64,000 nucleotides of DNA from SAR92 clade bacterium (lineage in GTDB: Bacteria; Pseudomonadota; Gammaproteobacteria; Pseudomonadales; Porticoccaceae): NCBI GenBank assembly GCA_018607525.1, contig JABBBH010000051.1:4394-68393 (forward strand), written 5' to 3'. Below the pieces are notes generated by a model. It did not search any database and had not been told where the DNA came from. It saw only the letters and a program-made list of their open reading frames with translations. The translations under genes were made by a program, and so were the position numbers. Numbering within the stretch: the first letter of the stretch is position 1; each line of letters opens with the position of its first letter. Below are positions 1-13,653 of the stretch, in pieces.

Positions 1-94
1 AATCCACCACAAAATACATTACACACAAGAAAATTTAAGTATTTTGTGGCAGTTTACTGGTTAGGGCTAACCATTTATAAATGTAGGCTGTACG

Positions 95-472
95 CTATCC
101 AGCTATGCCTATCTTAACCTTGGCAAGGTTATTATTTTCTTCAGTATCTGCAAGCTTCCAACCATCCGTTAAAAGCCTCGTTGAATAATGTTTGTTATAG
201 AGAAATGGCATAACAATTTGGAATACTCCAAAAGTCAGTATGCTAAATATCAAATGTAAAACCCCTATTAATATTTCACCCCTAAAAATAGGTACAAAAA
301 AGCCAAAGAAAAAATAGGTCCACGCGTAACCCACAAAACAATTTTTTACGATGCCAGACTCTTGATGCTCTATTCTGATTTTTTTTTGCCAGCCCATAAA
401 AGCTATCCCCAGTATCATGGGTAAAAGAATTAACAACACTGCAATGATTGGCCCGAGAATTATAATATCCAT
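95..472 (-). CDS. Small membrane protein, resembles HrgC/DUF2628-like family
   Basis: 125 aa ORF with RBS (GGAG) and several hydrophobic segments. The motif GYAWTYFFFGFFVPIFRGE...YNKHY..LL..GW matches my recollection of HrgC-like proteins. The family call is from memory only. Confidence 0.6.
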   Translation of the reverse strand: MDIIILGPIIAVLLILLPMILGIAFMGWQKKIRIEHQESGIVKNCFVGYAWTYFFFGFFVPIFRGEILIGVLHLIFSILTFGVFQIVMPFLYNKHYSTRLLTDGWKLADTEENNNLAKVKIGIAG

Positions 473-598
473 AAATAACTAACTCCTTTAGTTTGGTGTA
501 AGGGCTATTCGCCCAAAGTCCTTTTAATTGCTTCAGTATAGAACATGGGGATAAGTTTGGTTTTATAAGATGATATATTTAAATAACGAAAGGCAGAA

Positions 599-1966
599 TT
601 AGTCTTTTTTGGTAGGACGTTTCCAGCCATCGATATTACGTTGCTTGGCGCGCGATATGGCCAGTGAGTTTTCTTCGATGTCTTTGGTAATGGTACTGCC
701 AGCACCAACAAAGCTATTATCTGAAATATTGACCGGTGCTACTAAGGTGCTATTAGAGCCGACAAAGCTATTATTGCCTATGCTGGTTTTGAATTTGTTA
801 GCGCCATCGTAGTTACAGGTTATGGTTCCAGCGCCTACATTAACCCCTTCGCCCAATTCGGCATCGCCGACATAACTCAGATGATTAATTTTACTGCCTT
901 TACCCACCTTGGCTTTTTTGGTTTCTACAAAGTTGCCAATTTTGGTGTTCTCGGCAAGCTCTGTGCCCGGTCTTAAGCGGGCAAAGGGCCCAAGTATGGC
1001 ATTATTACCTACCACTGAATCTTCGATAATGGTATTGGCTTTTATCTCAACGCCATCGCCAATACTGCTGTTAATAATTTGGCAGTTGGGGCCAATATGC
1101 ACATTTGAGCCCAGTTGAACCTGACCCTCGAAGATGCAATTGATATCGATAAAGTTATCTGTGCCTACCGTTAGCTCACCGCGCTGATCAAAGCGCTCTG
1201 GGTCTGCTAGGCTAGTTCCGCTTTCCATGAGTTTTTGCGCATTTTCACGCTGATGGGCTCGCTCTAATTGACTAAGTTGCACTCTATTATTCACGCCTTC
1301 CACCTCTTCTCGGGATTTAGGTTGTATGCTTTTTACATTGACTGACGCAGTTCGGGCAATGGCAATGAGGTCGGTCAGATAGTATTCGCCCTGCGCATTG
1401 TTATTGTCTATTTGTGGCAACCAGCGCATTAATTGTTCACTCGTCAGCGCCATAACGCCGGTATTCACTTCGTTGACCTGAAGTTGTTCTGGGTTAGCGT
1501 CTTTCTGCTCAACAATGGCTGAAATATTGTTATCTGCATCACGAATAATACGTCCATAGCCGGTTGGGTTATCAAGGGTAACCGTTAACAGTCCCATTTG
1601 ATCGGCAGTCACTGTGTCTAGCATTTTAGCTATGGTATCAGGGGCGATTAAGGGTACATCACCATACAGAATCAATACTTTCGCGTTTTCTCTAATATGG
1701 GGTAGGGCGCACTGTACGGCGTGGGCGGTTCCCAACTGCTCAGGTTGCCCTACAAACACATCAGCTGCTTGACCAATGGTACTTTCTACCTGATCTGCAC
1801 CAAAGCCTGTGACCACAATAGATTTTGCGTCATTGACTGTTTGTGAAGCTGTTAGCACATGGCTCAGTAGGGGTTGCCCGGCTAATTTATGAAGCACCTT
1901 TGGCAGGCGAGACTGCATTCGAGTGCCTTTGCCGGCGGCTAAAATAATAATATCTGTTGTTTGCAT
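599..1966 (-). CDS. glmU: Bifunctional UDP-GlcNAc pyrophosphorylase / glucosamine-1-P acetyltransferase
   Basis: ILAAGKGTRMQS.LPKVLH motif, C-terminal hexapeptide repeats, follows atpC. Likely start is ATG at 1966 (MQTTD); the ORF track extends to 2008. Confidence 0.98.
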   Translation of the reverse strand: MQTTDIIILAAGKGTRMQSRLPKVLHKLAGQPLLSHVLTASQTVNDAKSIVVTGFGADQVESTIGQAADVFVGQPEQLGTAHAVQCALPHIRENAKVLILYGDVPLIAPDTIAKMLDTVTADQMGLLTVTLDNPTGYGRIIRDADNNISAIVEQKDANPEQLQVNEVNTGVMALTSEQLMRWLPQIDNNNAQGEYYLTDLIAIARTASVNVKSIQPKSREEVEGVNNRVQLSQLERAHQRENAQKLMESGTSLADPERFDQRGELTVGTDNFIDINCIFEGQVQLGSNVHIGPNCQIINSSIGDGVEIKANTIIEDSVVGNNAILGPFARLRPGTELAENTKIGNFVETKKAKVGKGSKINHLSYVGDAELGEGVNVGAGTITCNYDGANKFKTSIGNNSFVGSNSTLVAPVNISDNSFVGAGSTITKDIEENSLAISRAKQRNIDGWKRPTKKD

Positions 1967-2051
1967 AGGTTCTTTGACTACCTTATTCCGTGGTCGTTCC
2001 ATGAGCATAAGCTGAAGTATACCTGTTGCTTTGCATAATTTTAACTGGCAT

Positions 2052-2085
2052 AAAAAAAGGGTGGCTATCTATGCCACCCTTTTTT
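2052..2085. terminator. Intrinsic terminator after atpC (symmetric A/T tails)
   Basis: AAAAAAAGGGTGGC-tatctat-GCCACCCTTTTTT hairpin just downstream of the atpC stop. Confidence 0.9.
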
Positions 2086-2100
2086 AATTCTCAATAAAGC

Positions 2101-2526
2101 TTATCCGCCCATTTTTTTGCGCAAGGCTCTGACAGTCTGTAACTGTGCTGTTGCCTGAGCTAACATTGCGGCCGCTTTTGAGTATTCAATCTCACCCGCT
2201 TGATTGGCTATGGCTTGCTCTGCAGTTTTTACTGCCTCTGCTGCTGCAGCTTCGTCAATGTCATTAGCGCGTACTGCGGTATCCGCAAGAATTGAGATAG
2301 CGTTGGGCTGTACTTCTAGATAACCACCCGAAAGGAAGAAAATTTCTTCTTCGCCCGCTTCTTTAATAACCCGAACAGGGCCCGGCTTAAGATCACTTAA
2401 TAGCGGGGCATGTCCGGCATTAATCCCAAGCTCACCTAATGAGCCTGTAGCAACGACCATCTCAACGGCACCTGAGAATAAAGACTCATCTGCACTAACG
2501 ATATTGCATTGAACTGTTGTCGCCAT
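2101..2526 (-). CDS. atpC: F1 ATP synthase epsilon subunit
   Basis: CNIVSA..LFSG..EMV...G..GELGI..GHAPLL; last gene of the atp operon. Confidence 0.97.
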   Translation of the reverse strand: MATTVQCNIVSADESLFSGAVEMVVATGSLGELGINAGHAPLLSDLKPGPVRVIKEAGEEEIFFLSGGYLEVQPNAISILADTAVRANDIDEAAAAEAVKTAEQAIANQAGEIEYSKAAAMLAQATAQLQTVRALRKKMGG

Positions 2527-2546
2527 GCTAATTACCCTTTAACCAA

Positions 2547-3956
<1,410 letters not shown>

Positions 3957-3985
3957 TTAACTCAACCTTTAAAGTTCGTTTGTCT

Positions 3986-4846
3986 CTATACTGCTGCCGC
4001 GCCGCTTACAATTTCTGACAGCTCTTGGGTAATCGCTGCCTGACGGGCTTTGTTATAGAGTAATTGCAATTCGTCGATCAACTCACCGGCATTGTCGGTG
4101 GCGTTTTTCATCGCAAGCATTCTTGCTGCTTGCTCACAGGCTTTGTTTTCAACAACGCCTTGGTAAACTTGAGATTCAACATAGCGAAGCAACAAGCCGT
4201 CTAGCAACTCTTGAGCGTCTGGCTCATAGATATAGTCCCAGTGATGACCTAACTTGTCGTCTTCACTTGGCTCTAAAGGCAGCAACTGCTCTACCGTTGG
4301 CTTCTGAGTCATGGTGTTAACAAATTCGTTGCTAACAACAAATAGCTTATCGATACGGCCCTCATCGAAGGCGTCTAGCATAACTTTTACGCCGCCGATA
4401 AGGTCTTTAATATCGGGCTCATCACCTAAATCTTTAACCGCTGACACAATGTTGCCGCCAACCGTACCAAAGAAGGTGGCTGCTTTGTTACCAACCACAC
4501 AGATATCAACTTCAACTTCTTGATCAGTCCATGCCTGCATCGACTTAATGGCTGTCTTGAACAGATTGATGTTCAAGCCACCACAGAGTCCACGATCAGT
4601 GGATATAACAATATAAGCAACACGCTTAACTTCGCGCTGGTCCATATATTGGTGTCTGTATTCAGATACCGAGTTTGCAATATGGCCAATCACGTCACGG
4701 ATACGTTGGGCGTAGGGTTTGCCTACGGCCATACGATCCTGAGCTCGACGCATCTTACTAGCCGCAACCATCTCCATTGCACTGGTGATTTTTTGCGTAC
4801 TACTGATACTAGCAATTTTGGTTTTTACTTCTGTTCCAATCGCCAT
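3986..4846 (-). CDS. atpG: F1 ATP synthase gamma subunit
   Basis: [13 protein letters not shown] and [13 protein letters not shown] motifs. Confidence 0.99.
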   Translation of the reverse strand: MAIGTEVKTKIASISSTQKITSAMEMVAASKMRRAQDRMAVGKPYAQRIRDVIGHIANSVSEYRHQYMDQREVKRVAYIVISTDRGLCGGLNINLFKTAIKSMQAWTDQEVEVDICVVGNKAATFFGTVGGNIVSAVKDLGDEPDIKDLIGGVKVMLDAFDEGRIDKLFVVSNEFVNTMTQKPTVEQLLPLEPSEDDKLGHHWDYIYEPDAQELLDGLLLRYVESQVYQGVVENKACEQAARMLAMKNATDNAGELIDELQLLYNKARQAAITQELSEIVSGAAAV

Positions 4847-4872
4847 GTTCTATGCTCGTTTATTGACAGTGC

Positions 4873-6417
4873 TTACCAAGTCTGAGTTGCAACGAACTTG
4901 TCCAATGCCGCTTTGAAGCTTGCTGCAATGTCGTCGTTGTAATCACCAGACTCATTAATTTGATCAATTAGATCACCGTGCTCAGCTTTCATGTAAGAAA
5001 GCAGCGCGCCCTCAAAGTCACCAATTTTGCTGACTTCAACGTCTCTAAGGTAACCTTTCTCTGCAGCAAAGATCACAACACCCATTTCAGCAACGCTTAG
5101 AGGTGAGTATTGCTTTTGCTTCATCAACTCGGTTACGCGCTCACCATGATCTAGCTGTGCTTTAGTCGCATCATCAAGATCAGAAGCGAACTGCGAGAAT
5201 GCCGCTAGCTCACGATACTGTGCCAAGGCGTTACGAATACCACCTGACAGCTTCTTAATAATCTTAGTCTGTGCCGCACCACCTACACGAGATACCGAGA
5301 TACCTGCGTTCATCGCTGGACGTACGCCGGCGTTAAACATATCAGCTTCTAGGAAGATCTGACCATCGGTAATCGAAATTACGTTAGTTGGAACGAATGC
5401 AGATACGTCACCAGCCTGAGTTTCAATCACCGGTAGTGCTGTTAGCGAGCCAGTTTGACCCTTAACCTTACCTTCGGTGAACTTCTCTACGTAATCAGCA
5501 TTAACACGTGCTGCACGCTCTAGTAGACGGGAGTGCAAATAGAATACGTCACCTGGGTATGCTTCACGACCTGGTGGACGCTTCAATAGCAATGAAATTT
5601 GACGGTAAGCCCATGCCTGCTTAGTCAAATCATCATAAATGATTAGGGCATCTTGACCGCGGTCACGGTAGTACTCACCCATTGAACAGCCAGCAAATGG
5701 CGCTAGGAACTGCATCGCTGCTGGGTCAGAGGCGGTAGCCGCTACCACAATCGTATGTTCCATTGCGCCGTGTTCTTCTAGCTTACGCACAACAGCTGCA
5801 ACCGATGAGGCCTTTTGACCTACAGCAACATAGATACATTTAATACCAGAACCTTTCTGGTTAATGATGGCGTCAACAGCAATGGCGGTTTTACCAATCT
5901 GACGGTCACCAATAATCAACTCTCGCTGACCACGGCCAATTGGCACCATAGAATCAACTGCTTTCAAACCAATTTGCACTGGCTGATCAACTGATTTACG
6001 GGCAATTACACCTGGAGCTACTTTTTCAATAGCATCTGTAGTAGCGGCGTTAATAGGGCCTTTGCCGTCAATGGGGTTACCCAGCGCATCAACAACACGA
6101 CCTTCTAGCTCTGGACCTACCGGTACTTCAAGTACGCGGCCAGTACAGCGAGCCTTTTGGCCTTCTGCTAATGACTGATAGTCACCAAGAACAACGGCAC
6201 CAACAGAGTCGCGTTCAAGGTTAAGTGCCATACCATAGACACCGCCATCGAATTCGATCATTTCACCGTACATCACGTCGGCTAGACCGTGAATACGAAT
6301 GATACCGTCCGATACGGATACAATGGTGCCCTCATTTTGGGCTTCTGACGAAACATTAAGGTTGTCGATACGACTCTTAATAATTTCGCTGATTTCTGAT
6401 GGATTCAGTTGCTGCAT
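4873..6417 (-). CDS. atpA: F1 ATP synthase alpha subunit
   Basis: [29 protein letters not shown]. Confidence 0.99.
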   Translation of the reverse strand: MQQLNPSEISEIIKSRIDNLNVSSEAQNEGTIVSVSDGIIRIHGLADVMYGEMIEFDGGVYGMALNLERDSVGAVVLGDYQSLAEGQKARCTGRVLEVPVGPELEGRVVDALGNPIDGKGPINAATTDAIEKVAPGVIARKSVDQPVQIGLKAVDSMVPIGRGQRELIIGDRQIGKTAIAVDAIINQKGSGIKCIYVAVGQKASSVAAVVRKLEEHGAMEHTIVVAATASDPAAMQFLAPFAGCSMGEYYRDRGQDALIIYDDLTKQAWAYRQISLLLKRPPGREAYPGDVFYLHSRLLERAARVNADYVEKFTEGKVKGQTGSLTALPVIETQAGDVSAFVPTNVISITDGQIFLEADMFNAGVRPAMNAGISVSRVGGAAQTKIIKKLSGGIRNALAQYRELAAFSQFASDLDDATKAQLDHGERVTELMKQKQYSPLSVAEMGVVIFAAEKGYLRDVEVSKIGDFEGALLSYMKAEHGDLIDQINESGDYNDDIAASFKAALDKFVATQTW

Positions 6418-6433
6418 GCTTTGGCCTCAATCC

Positions 6434-6970
6434 TTAGGAATTTAGTGATTCGGCGAGTTTGGTCAAACGACCGCGAATGGAACCGTCAATAACGGTGTCC
6501 CCGGCGCGAATTACCGCGCCACCTAACAGGCTCTTATCTAAACTCACCTGTAGGTTTACTTTTCTTTCAAGCTTGGCACTGAGTGCTTCGCTGAGAGCTT
6601 TTTGTTGTGCTGCATTTAACTTGCTTGCAGCAACAACATCGACATCCACAGCCTTCTCTAAGTTTGCTTTCATAATTTCAAACTGTTGAGAAATTTGTGG
6701 CAAAAGCTGTAGTCGACGATTTTCCGACAAGATGCTGATAAAGTTTTGACAGGCTGTTGCCAGCTCATCGCCACATATATTTTGCACAGCTTCTGCTTGC
6801 TTCTCGGCAGTAGCGCTAGGCGAGCTCAACAGTTTTTCAACCGCTGGCTGCTGAGCAACAGATGCCGCTAAAGAAAGACTATCAGACCAACCCTGAACAT
6901 CTTTTGCTTCAACAGCATATTCAAATGCCGCCTTAGCGTAGGGTCGAGCTAATGTACTTAATTCTGCCAT
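6434..6970 (-). CDS. atpH: F1 ATP synthase delta subunit
   Basis: MAELSTLARPYAKAAF, LLGG.VIRAGD.VIDGS. Confidence 0.98.
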   Translation of the reverse strand: MAELSTLARPYAKAAFEYAVEAKDVQGWSDSLSLAASVAQQPAVEKLLSSPSATAEKQAEAVQNICGDELATACQNFISILSENRRLQLLPQISQQFEIMKANLEKAVDVDVVAASKLNAAQQKALSEALSAKLERKVNLQVSLDKSLLGGAVIRAGDTVIDGSIRGRLTKLAESLNS

Positions 6971-6982
6971 ATCAGACCTCGA

Positions 6983-7453
6983 TTACAGCTCTGCTGCCAA
7001 TTTGTCGACAATCGCTTTGTTAGCTTTTTCGTCGATTGAAGCTTCTAGTACTTTTTCAGCACCAGCAATAGCAAGCCCAGCAACCGTGGCGCGCAGTTCT
7101 TCTTTTGCACGATTCACTTCTTGCTCAATTTCAGCTTGGGCAGCAACTTTAAGTCGCTCTCCCTCTGCTGTGGCTTGCTCTTTCGCTTCATCTACAATTT
7201 GGTTAGCGCGCTTATTTGCTTGATCAATGATGCCTGCTGCTGCTTGCTTAGCCTCTTTTAATTGGTCAGAGACTTTGCTTTGAGCTGCATCAAGATCACG
7301 CACAGCGCGATCAGCTGCGTCTAGACCGTCGGCAATTTTTTGCTGACGTTCTTCCATAGCTTGCAGAATGATTGGCCATACAAACTTCATGCAGAACCAC
7401 ACGAAGAATGCGAATGTTACCATTTGGCCAAAAAGCGTTAAGTTAATATTCAC
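6983..7453 (-). CDS. atpF: Fo ATP synthase subunit b
   Basis: [22 protein letters not shown] followed by a coiled coil. Confidence 0.98.
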   Translation of the reverse strand: MNINLTLFGQMVTFAFFVWFCMKFVWPIILQAMEERQQKIADGLDAADRAVRDLDAAQSKVSDQLKEAKQAAAGIIDQANKRANQIVDEAKEQATAEGERLKVAAQAEIEQEVNRAKEELRATVAGLAIAGAEKVLEASIDEKANKAIVDKLAAEL

Positions 7454-7489
7454 GCAATCACCTCATAAAGGCTAATTTAAAAGTTGCTG

Positions 7490-7744
<255 letters not shown>

Positions 7745-7765
7745 TCAGTGATTTAAATAAAAAAA

Positions 7766-8788
<1,023 letters not shown>

Positions 8789-8827
8789 CTAAAGTTCTCT
8801 ACTCTGTATTTCAACAAACTGTCTGGT

Positions 8828-9199
8828 TTAGTGCTCTAGTGCTTTCTTGGTAAGAAACCACTGCAGCGGGATCATCAATAGAAAGGTAGTAAACAAAACA
8901 GGGTAATTCCACTGTTTGTCGACGGTAAATAGTATTGCGAACAATACTGCCGTCAAAACGACCTTTCCTGCTTCTCCGCGATACATAGATTTAACAACTA
9001 AATCCACCTGTCTCGCGCCGGCATATTTAAAGGCTTGCCATGAGAACCACGCCTGTGGAGAAACTTGAACCAACCCTCCGACTAGTGCCGAGGCCGCTAG
9101 GATTCTGTCAACTAAACTCAACATAGCTACGATTAGCAGTAACACTGCTAGCTGATAGGCTGTCGCTCTTAGTATTGCAGGCCTTGCAATGGTCGTCAT
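8828..9199 (-). CDS. atpI: ATP synthase protein I
   Basis: Four-TM protein first in the atp operon with MYRGEAGK motif. Confidence 0.9.
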   Translation of the reverse strand: MTTIARPAILRATAYQLAVLLLIVAMLSLVDRILAASALVGGLVQVSPQAWFSWQAFKYAGARQVDLVVKSMYRGEAGKVVLTAVLFAILFTVDKQWNYPVLFTTFLLMIPLQWFLTKKALEH

Positions 9200-9270
9200 G
9201 GTATTCTCAATCCACCTTTTCCGGCTTGAATCGGATCCATAGAGGTTAACCGTTTCTAGCGCGGGTCGGC

Positions 9271-9299
9271 ATTATAGGTTTAGTGTCGTTGATATTCAA
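9271..9299 (-). promoter_or_regulatory. sigma70 promoter of the atp operon
   Basis: Minus strand TTGAAT (9299-9294), 17 bp spacer, TATAAT (9276-9271), then a GC-rich discriminator. Confidence 0.75.
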
Positions 9300-9352
9300 C
9301 TCAACTTGGCTATGAATTGAGAAGTATTTTGCAGATTTTTATTTTATGGCGA

Positions 9353-10237
9353 CTATTTTATGTGATTGAGTATTCCATCTAACTCATCAACACTGTTGTA
9401 ACCAATGGTTAATTTACCGGAACCTTTGGCGCCATGTTGAATTTTTACTGCAGCACCCAGCTTTTCGGAAAGCTGCTGCTGTAAGTTAAGAATGTCTTGG
9501 CTGGCTGTAGTTGTGGCTTTCTTTTGCACATCGGGTGATTGCAATTTTTTAATCAGGACTTCCGTTTGACGCACGGTCAAACCTTCACTGGCAACTGTTC
9601 TTGCCGCCTGAACTTGCAAGTCGCCCTCTAGGGCCAATAAGCACTTAGCGTGACCTAGCTCAATATCACCGCGCTCTAATTGCTGCTGAACAAGCGGCTT
9701 GAGTGCGGCCAAGCGCATAAGGTTAGTAACCGATGATCTTGATTTACCCACTGCCTCGGCAACCTGTTGCTGGGTAAGATTAAATTCGTTCTGTAATCGG
9801 ATAAGCGCCTGACTCTCTTCAACGGGGTTTAAATCTTCGCGCTGAATATTCTCGATCAACGCCATGGCAATGGTTGCTTGATCGGAAATTTCTCTGACAA
9901 TTGCCGGAATTTGATCAACACCGGCTAACTGAGCTGCTCGCCAACGACGCTCACCTGCGATGATTTCGTAATTACCCTGATCTAGTGCACGGACCACTAT
10001 GGGTTGGATTAGACCTTGACTGGAAATGGAGTCCGCTAACTCTTGCAAGCTATCAGCATTAAAATCTCTTCGCGGCTGATACTGTCCTCTTTGAAGAAAC
10101 TCAACAGGAATCTGCTGTAACTTTCCGTCACCCAATTGGGTGCCTTCGCTCCCCATGCCTTGACCTGCATCCACATCCTCTGCAAATCCCAACAGTGCAT
10201 CTAGCCCCTTACCTAAGCTCTGTCTTTTTGTGGCCAT
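9353..10237 (-). CDS. parB: Chromosome partitioning protein ParB
   Basis: LGKGLDALL N-terminus, GQYQPR, IIAGERRWRA, LIENIQREDLNP. Confidence 0.98.
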   Translation of the reverse strand: MATKRQSLGKGLDALLGFAEDVDAGQGMGSEGTQLGDGKLQQIPVEFLQRGQYQPRRDFNADSLQELADSISSQGLIQPIVVRALDQGNYEIIAGERRWRAAQLAGVDQIPAIVREISDQATIAMALIENIQREDLNPVEESQALIRLQNEFNLTQQQVAEAVGKSRSSVTNLMRLAALKPLVQQQLERGDIELGHAKCLLALEGDLQVQAARTVASEGLTVRQTEVLIKKLQSPDVQKKATTTASQDILNLQQQLSEKLGAAVKIQHGAKGSGKLTIGYNSVDELDGILNHIK

Positions 10238-10240
10238 GGA

Positions 10241-11029
10241 TTACTGTCCTTTTTTGTCGTTGGTAATTTGGTGTTTGCGCAGTATTTCGCCTGCCAGTGC
10301 CAGGTAGGCTAGCGAACCTTTTGCGTTCTTATCATAAGCAATGGCTGGCTTACCATGGCTGGGCGCTTCGGCTAACCTTACATTTCGCGGAATGCTCACT
10401 CGGTAAACCTTGTCACCAAAGTACTTTCTTAACTGGGCGGATACCGCTTGCGTTAAACCACTTCGTGGATCGTACATGGTTCTCAGGATACCCTCAATTT
10501 TAAGCTTGGGGTTAATCAATTTAGCTATCTGTCGAATGGTGTTGTTGAGCGCGGAAAGCCCTTCAAGGGCGTAGTACTCACACTGCATAGGAATAAGAAC
10601 ACCCTCACTGGCAACTAGCGCGTTAACGGTTAGCATGTTTAGTGAAGGAGGGCAGTCAATGATCACGTAATCATAGCGATCAGAAACCCTCTCAAGTGCA
10701 AAGCGAAGTCTAGTTTCGCGGCCAATTTCTTGAATTAACTCTACCTCAGCTGCCACTAAGTCAGCGTTAGCGGCTAATAGGTGATATTTTCCGGTTTCTG
10801 AGGTGACAATACAGTCTTCAATAGATTTTTTTTCAGTGAGTACATCGTAAACACTGCTCTCACAGGTTTGTTTATCAATTCCTGACCCCATAGTGGTATT
10901 GCCCTGCGGATCCAGATCCACAAGCAAAACGCGCTTTTTATAGGCTGCAAGCGATGCTGCTAAGTTGATGCTTGTGGTGGTCTTCCCGACGCCGCCTTTT
11001 TGATTAGCAATTGATAATATCCGAACCAC
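10241..11029 (-). CDS. parA: Chromosome partitioning ATPase ParA/Soj
   Basis: NQKGGVGKTT, DLDPQGN, RLAEAPSHG; GTG start. Confidence 0.98.
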   Translation of the reverse strand: MVRILSIANQKGGVGKTTTSINLAASLAAYKKRVLLVDLDPQGNTTMGSGIDKQTCESSVYDVLTEKKSIEDCIVTSETGKYHLLAANADLVAAEVELIQEIGRETRLRFALERVSDRYDYVIIDCPPSLNMLTVNALVASEGVLIPMQCEYYALEGLSALNNTIRQIAKLINPKLKIEGILRTMYDPRSGLTQAVSAQLRKYFGDKVYRVSIPRNVRLAEAPSHGKPAIAYDKNAKGSLAYLALAGEILRKHQITNDKKGQ

Positions 11030-11055
11030 TGGTTAACTGTTTCCCTTTAACTATT

Positions 11056-11697
11056 TTAAACCGCGCCACCTGTTTTTATTATTTTTATCAGGTGTCTTTC
11101 GCTGTCGATTAGAGGCACATTTACCTCGCTTACCTCGACGACCTTATAGGCTTTCGTCATTTGGCTCAACTCTGAATCGGGTTTTTTTCCTTTCATGGCT
11201 AAAAAACAACCCTGATCGGAAACCAAATGGTCACATTGATTAAGCATATCAGAGATAGAGCTAAAAGCTCGGCTAATCACAGCATCAAATAATTGGTTGG
11301 GTTGATAGGCTTCAACGCGATGGTTAATTTCACTGGTATTGGTTAGTTTTAGCTCATTAATTGCCTGGAATAAAAAACGGGTTTTTTTGCCATTACTATC
11401 CAGTAATGTGAAATTAATTTCGGGGTTAAGTATAGCTAAGGGAATTCCAGGTAAGCCCGGACCCGTACCCACGTCTATGATAGATTTTAACCCCTGAACA
11501 TAGGGGTGAATTGCTAGGCTGTCCAAAAGATGAAGCCTAACCATCTGAAGTGGGTCGCGAATTGCCGTTAGGTTAAAGGCTTTATTCCATCGCTGGAGAA
11601 GCTCTAAGTACTTGAGTAGTTTTTCAAGCTGGAGCGGTGAGCAGTTTAAGTTGAGCTCACGCAAACCCGTCTCTAAATCTTGTTGTTGAGTTAACAA
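11056..11697 (-). CDS. rsmG: 16S rRNA m7G527 methyltransferase
   Basis: WNKAFNLTAIR, HLLDSL, DVGTGPGLPGIPLAI. Confidence 0.97.
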   Translation of the reverse strand: MLTQQQDLETGLRELNLNCSPLQLEKLLKYLELLQRWNKAFNLTAIRDPLQMVRLHLLDSLAIHPYVQGLKSIIDVGTGPGLPGIPLAILNPEINFTLLDSNGKKTRFLFQAINELKLTNTSEINHRVEAYQPNQLFDAVISRAFSSISDMLNQCDHLVSDQGCFLAMKGKKPDSELSQMTKAYKVVEVSEVNVPLIDSERHLIKIIKTGGAV

Positions 11698-11702
11698 TGT
11701 AA

Positions 11703-13571
11703 TTAGGCCGCGTTTTTCTTAAGTGTAATCAACAATAATGAAATTGCTGCAGGGGTAACACCTGGAATTCTTGATGCTCTAGCTAAAGTTTCTGGTTTTG
11801 CTTCACCTAGTTTTTGCTTAATTTCATTTGAAAGACCGCTAACTCTTGAGTAATCAAATGTTTCCGGGATGGTTGTGTTTTCATGGCGACGCAACCGGTC
11901 AATCTCGTCCTGTTGGCGAGTAATGTAACCCGCATACTTAGCATCAACTTCTACCTGCTCAGAAACCTTCGCATCAATTTCAAGCTCTGGGGTTAGCGCT
12001 GATATATCCTTGTGAGTTACCTCGGGTCGCTTAAGTAAATCGTATAATGAATATTCACGACTTAACTCATTAGCTAATAATGGTTGTATCTGTTTGGCCT
12101 GTTCAGAATTAGGTTGAACCCAGGTAGATTTTATACGTTGGCGCTCAATTTCAATGGCTTCACGCTTTTCACAGAACTTTTGCCAATGACTATCTGTAAC
12201 CAAACCAATCTCTCGCCCTTTTTCAGTAAGGCGTAAATCAGCATTATCTTCACGGAGTAGCAGCCGGTATTCGGCGCGACTGGTAAACATTCTGTAGGGT
12301 TCTGAGGTGCCCATGCTAATTAGGTCGTCCACTAGAACGCCTGTATAGGCTTCGTCTCGCCCAGGACGCCAACCCTCTTTTCCTTGCGCTTTAAGCGCTG
12401 CATTAGCGCCCGCTAGCAAACCCTGTGCTGCCGCTTCTTCGTAACCTGTGGTTCCGTTAATTTGCCCGGCAAAAAATAAGGATTCAACGGTTTTGGTTTC
12501 TAATGTGTACTTTAGATCCTGCGGATTAAAATAATCATATTCGATGGCATAACCAGGTCTTGTAATATGAGCATTCTCAAAACCCTTTATTGATCGTACT
12601 AAATTGAGCTGAACATCAAAGGGTAGGCTGGTTGAAATACCGTTTGGATAAAGCTCATGGGTTGTTAACCCTTCTGGCTCGATAAATATCTGATGCTGAT
12701 CCTTGTCGGCAAAACGAACCACTTTATCTTCAATTGAAGGACAGTATCTTGGCCCAACCCCGTCAATAACGCCGGTATATAGGGGTGATCGATCCATTCC
12801 ACCGCGAATAATTTGATGGGTGTTTTCATTGGTATAGGTTATCCAGCAACAGATTTGCTGAGGATGATCTTCAATTTTACCAAAATAAGACATTAGGGGT
12901 TCTGGCTTATCTCCCCACTGTTCTTGTAAGTCGCTGAAATCTACACTGCGTGCATCAATTCTTGGAGGGGTCCCTGTTTTTAGGCGCTCTACCCTGAAGG
13001 GCAGCGCTCTAAATCGCTCAGCCAATTGCTGCGCAGGTGGGTCACCCGCACGACCAGCAGCATAATTTTCTAAACCAACATGCACCTTGCCAGCTAAAAA
13101 TGTGCCCGCTGTAATGACCACTGATGCGCCATAAAAATTTAAGCCCATCTGAGTTTTTACACCAACCACCTTTTCGCCTTCAATAATTAAATCATCGACT
13201 GCTTGCTGAAAAATACTAAGGTTGGGTTGGTTCTCAAGGATGTCTCTAATCGCAGCTTTGTAAAGAATTCTATCCGCCTGAGCTCGAGTAGCCCTTACAG
13301 CTGGACCTTTTCTCGCATTCAGAACTCTAAATTGTATGCCGCCTAAGTCTGTAGCCTGAGCCATAGCTCCACCCAGTGCATCCACCTCTTTAACTAGATG
13401 ACTTTTCCCCAGGCCGCCAATAGCTGGGTTACAGGACATTTGCCCTAGGGTTTCGATATTATGGGTGAGTAATAGTGTGTTGCAGCCCATGCGTGCTGCC
13501 GCAAGACATGCTTCGGTTCCTGCGTGGCCGCCGCCAACAACTATTACATCGTATTGAGAAGGATAGCGCAT
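11703..13571 (-). CDS. mnmG: tRNA uridine-34 modification enzyme MnmG (GidA)
   Basis: [42 protein letters not shown]. Confidence 0.99.
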   Translation of the reverse strand: MRYPSQYDVIVVGGGHAGTEACLAAARMGCNTLLLTHNIETLGQMSCNPAIGGLGKSHLVKEVDALGGAMAQATDLGGIQFRVLNARKGPAVRATRAQADRILYKAAIRDILENQPNLSIFQQAVDDLIIEGEKVVGVKTQMGLNFYGASVVITAGTFLAGKVHVGLENYAAGRAGDPPAQQLAERFRALPFRVERLKTGTPPRIDARSVDFSDLQEQWGDKPEPLMSYFGKIEDHPQQICCWITYTNENTHQIIRGGMDRSPLYTGVIDGVGPRYCPSIEDKVVRFADKDQHQIFIEPEGLTTHELYPNGISTSLPFDVQLNLVRSIKGFENAHITRPGYAIEYDYFNPQDLKYTLETKTVESLFFAGQINGTTGYEEAAAQGLLAGANAALKAQGKEGWRPGRDEAYTGVLVDDLISMGTSEPYRMFTSRAEYRLLLREDNADLRLTEKGREIGLVTDSHWQKFCEKREAIEIERQRIKSTWVQPNSEQAKQIQPLLANELSREYSLYDLLKRPEVTHKDISALTPELEIDAKVSEQVEVDAKYAGYITRQQDEIDRLRRHENTTIPETFDYSRVSGLSNEIKQKLGEAKPETLARASRIPGVTPAAISLLLITLKKNAA

Positions 13572-13653
13572 AGGGTTACGTGAATATTATTTCCTCTGAG
13601 AAGTTTCTCATTATACGACGCTTTGAATTATTTTTAACGGGTTTTATTTTTTA

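Noticed and set aside
4520-4885. 121-aa plus-strand ORF
   Set aside because: Antisense shadow of atpG/atpA with no recognisable motif. The same applies to the many short overlapping ORFs in the track.
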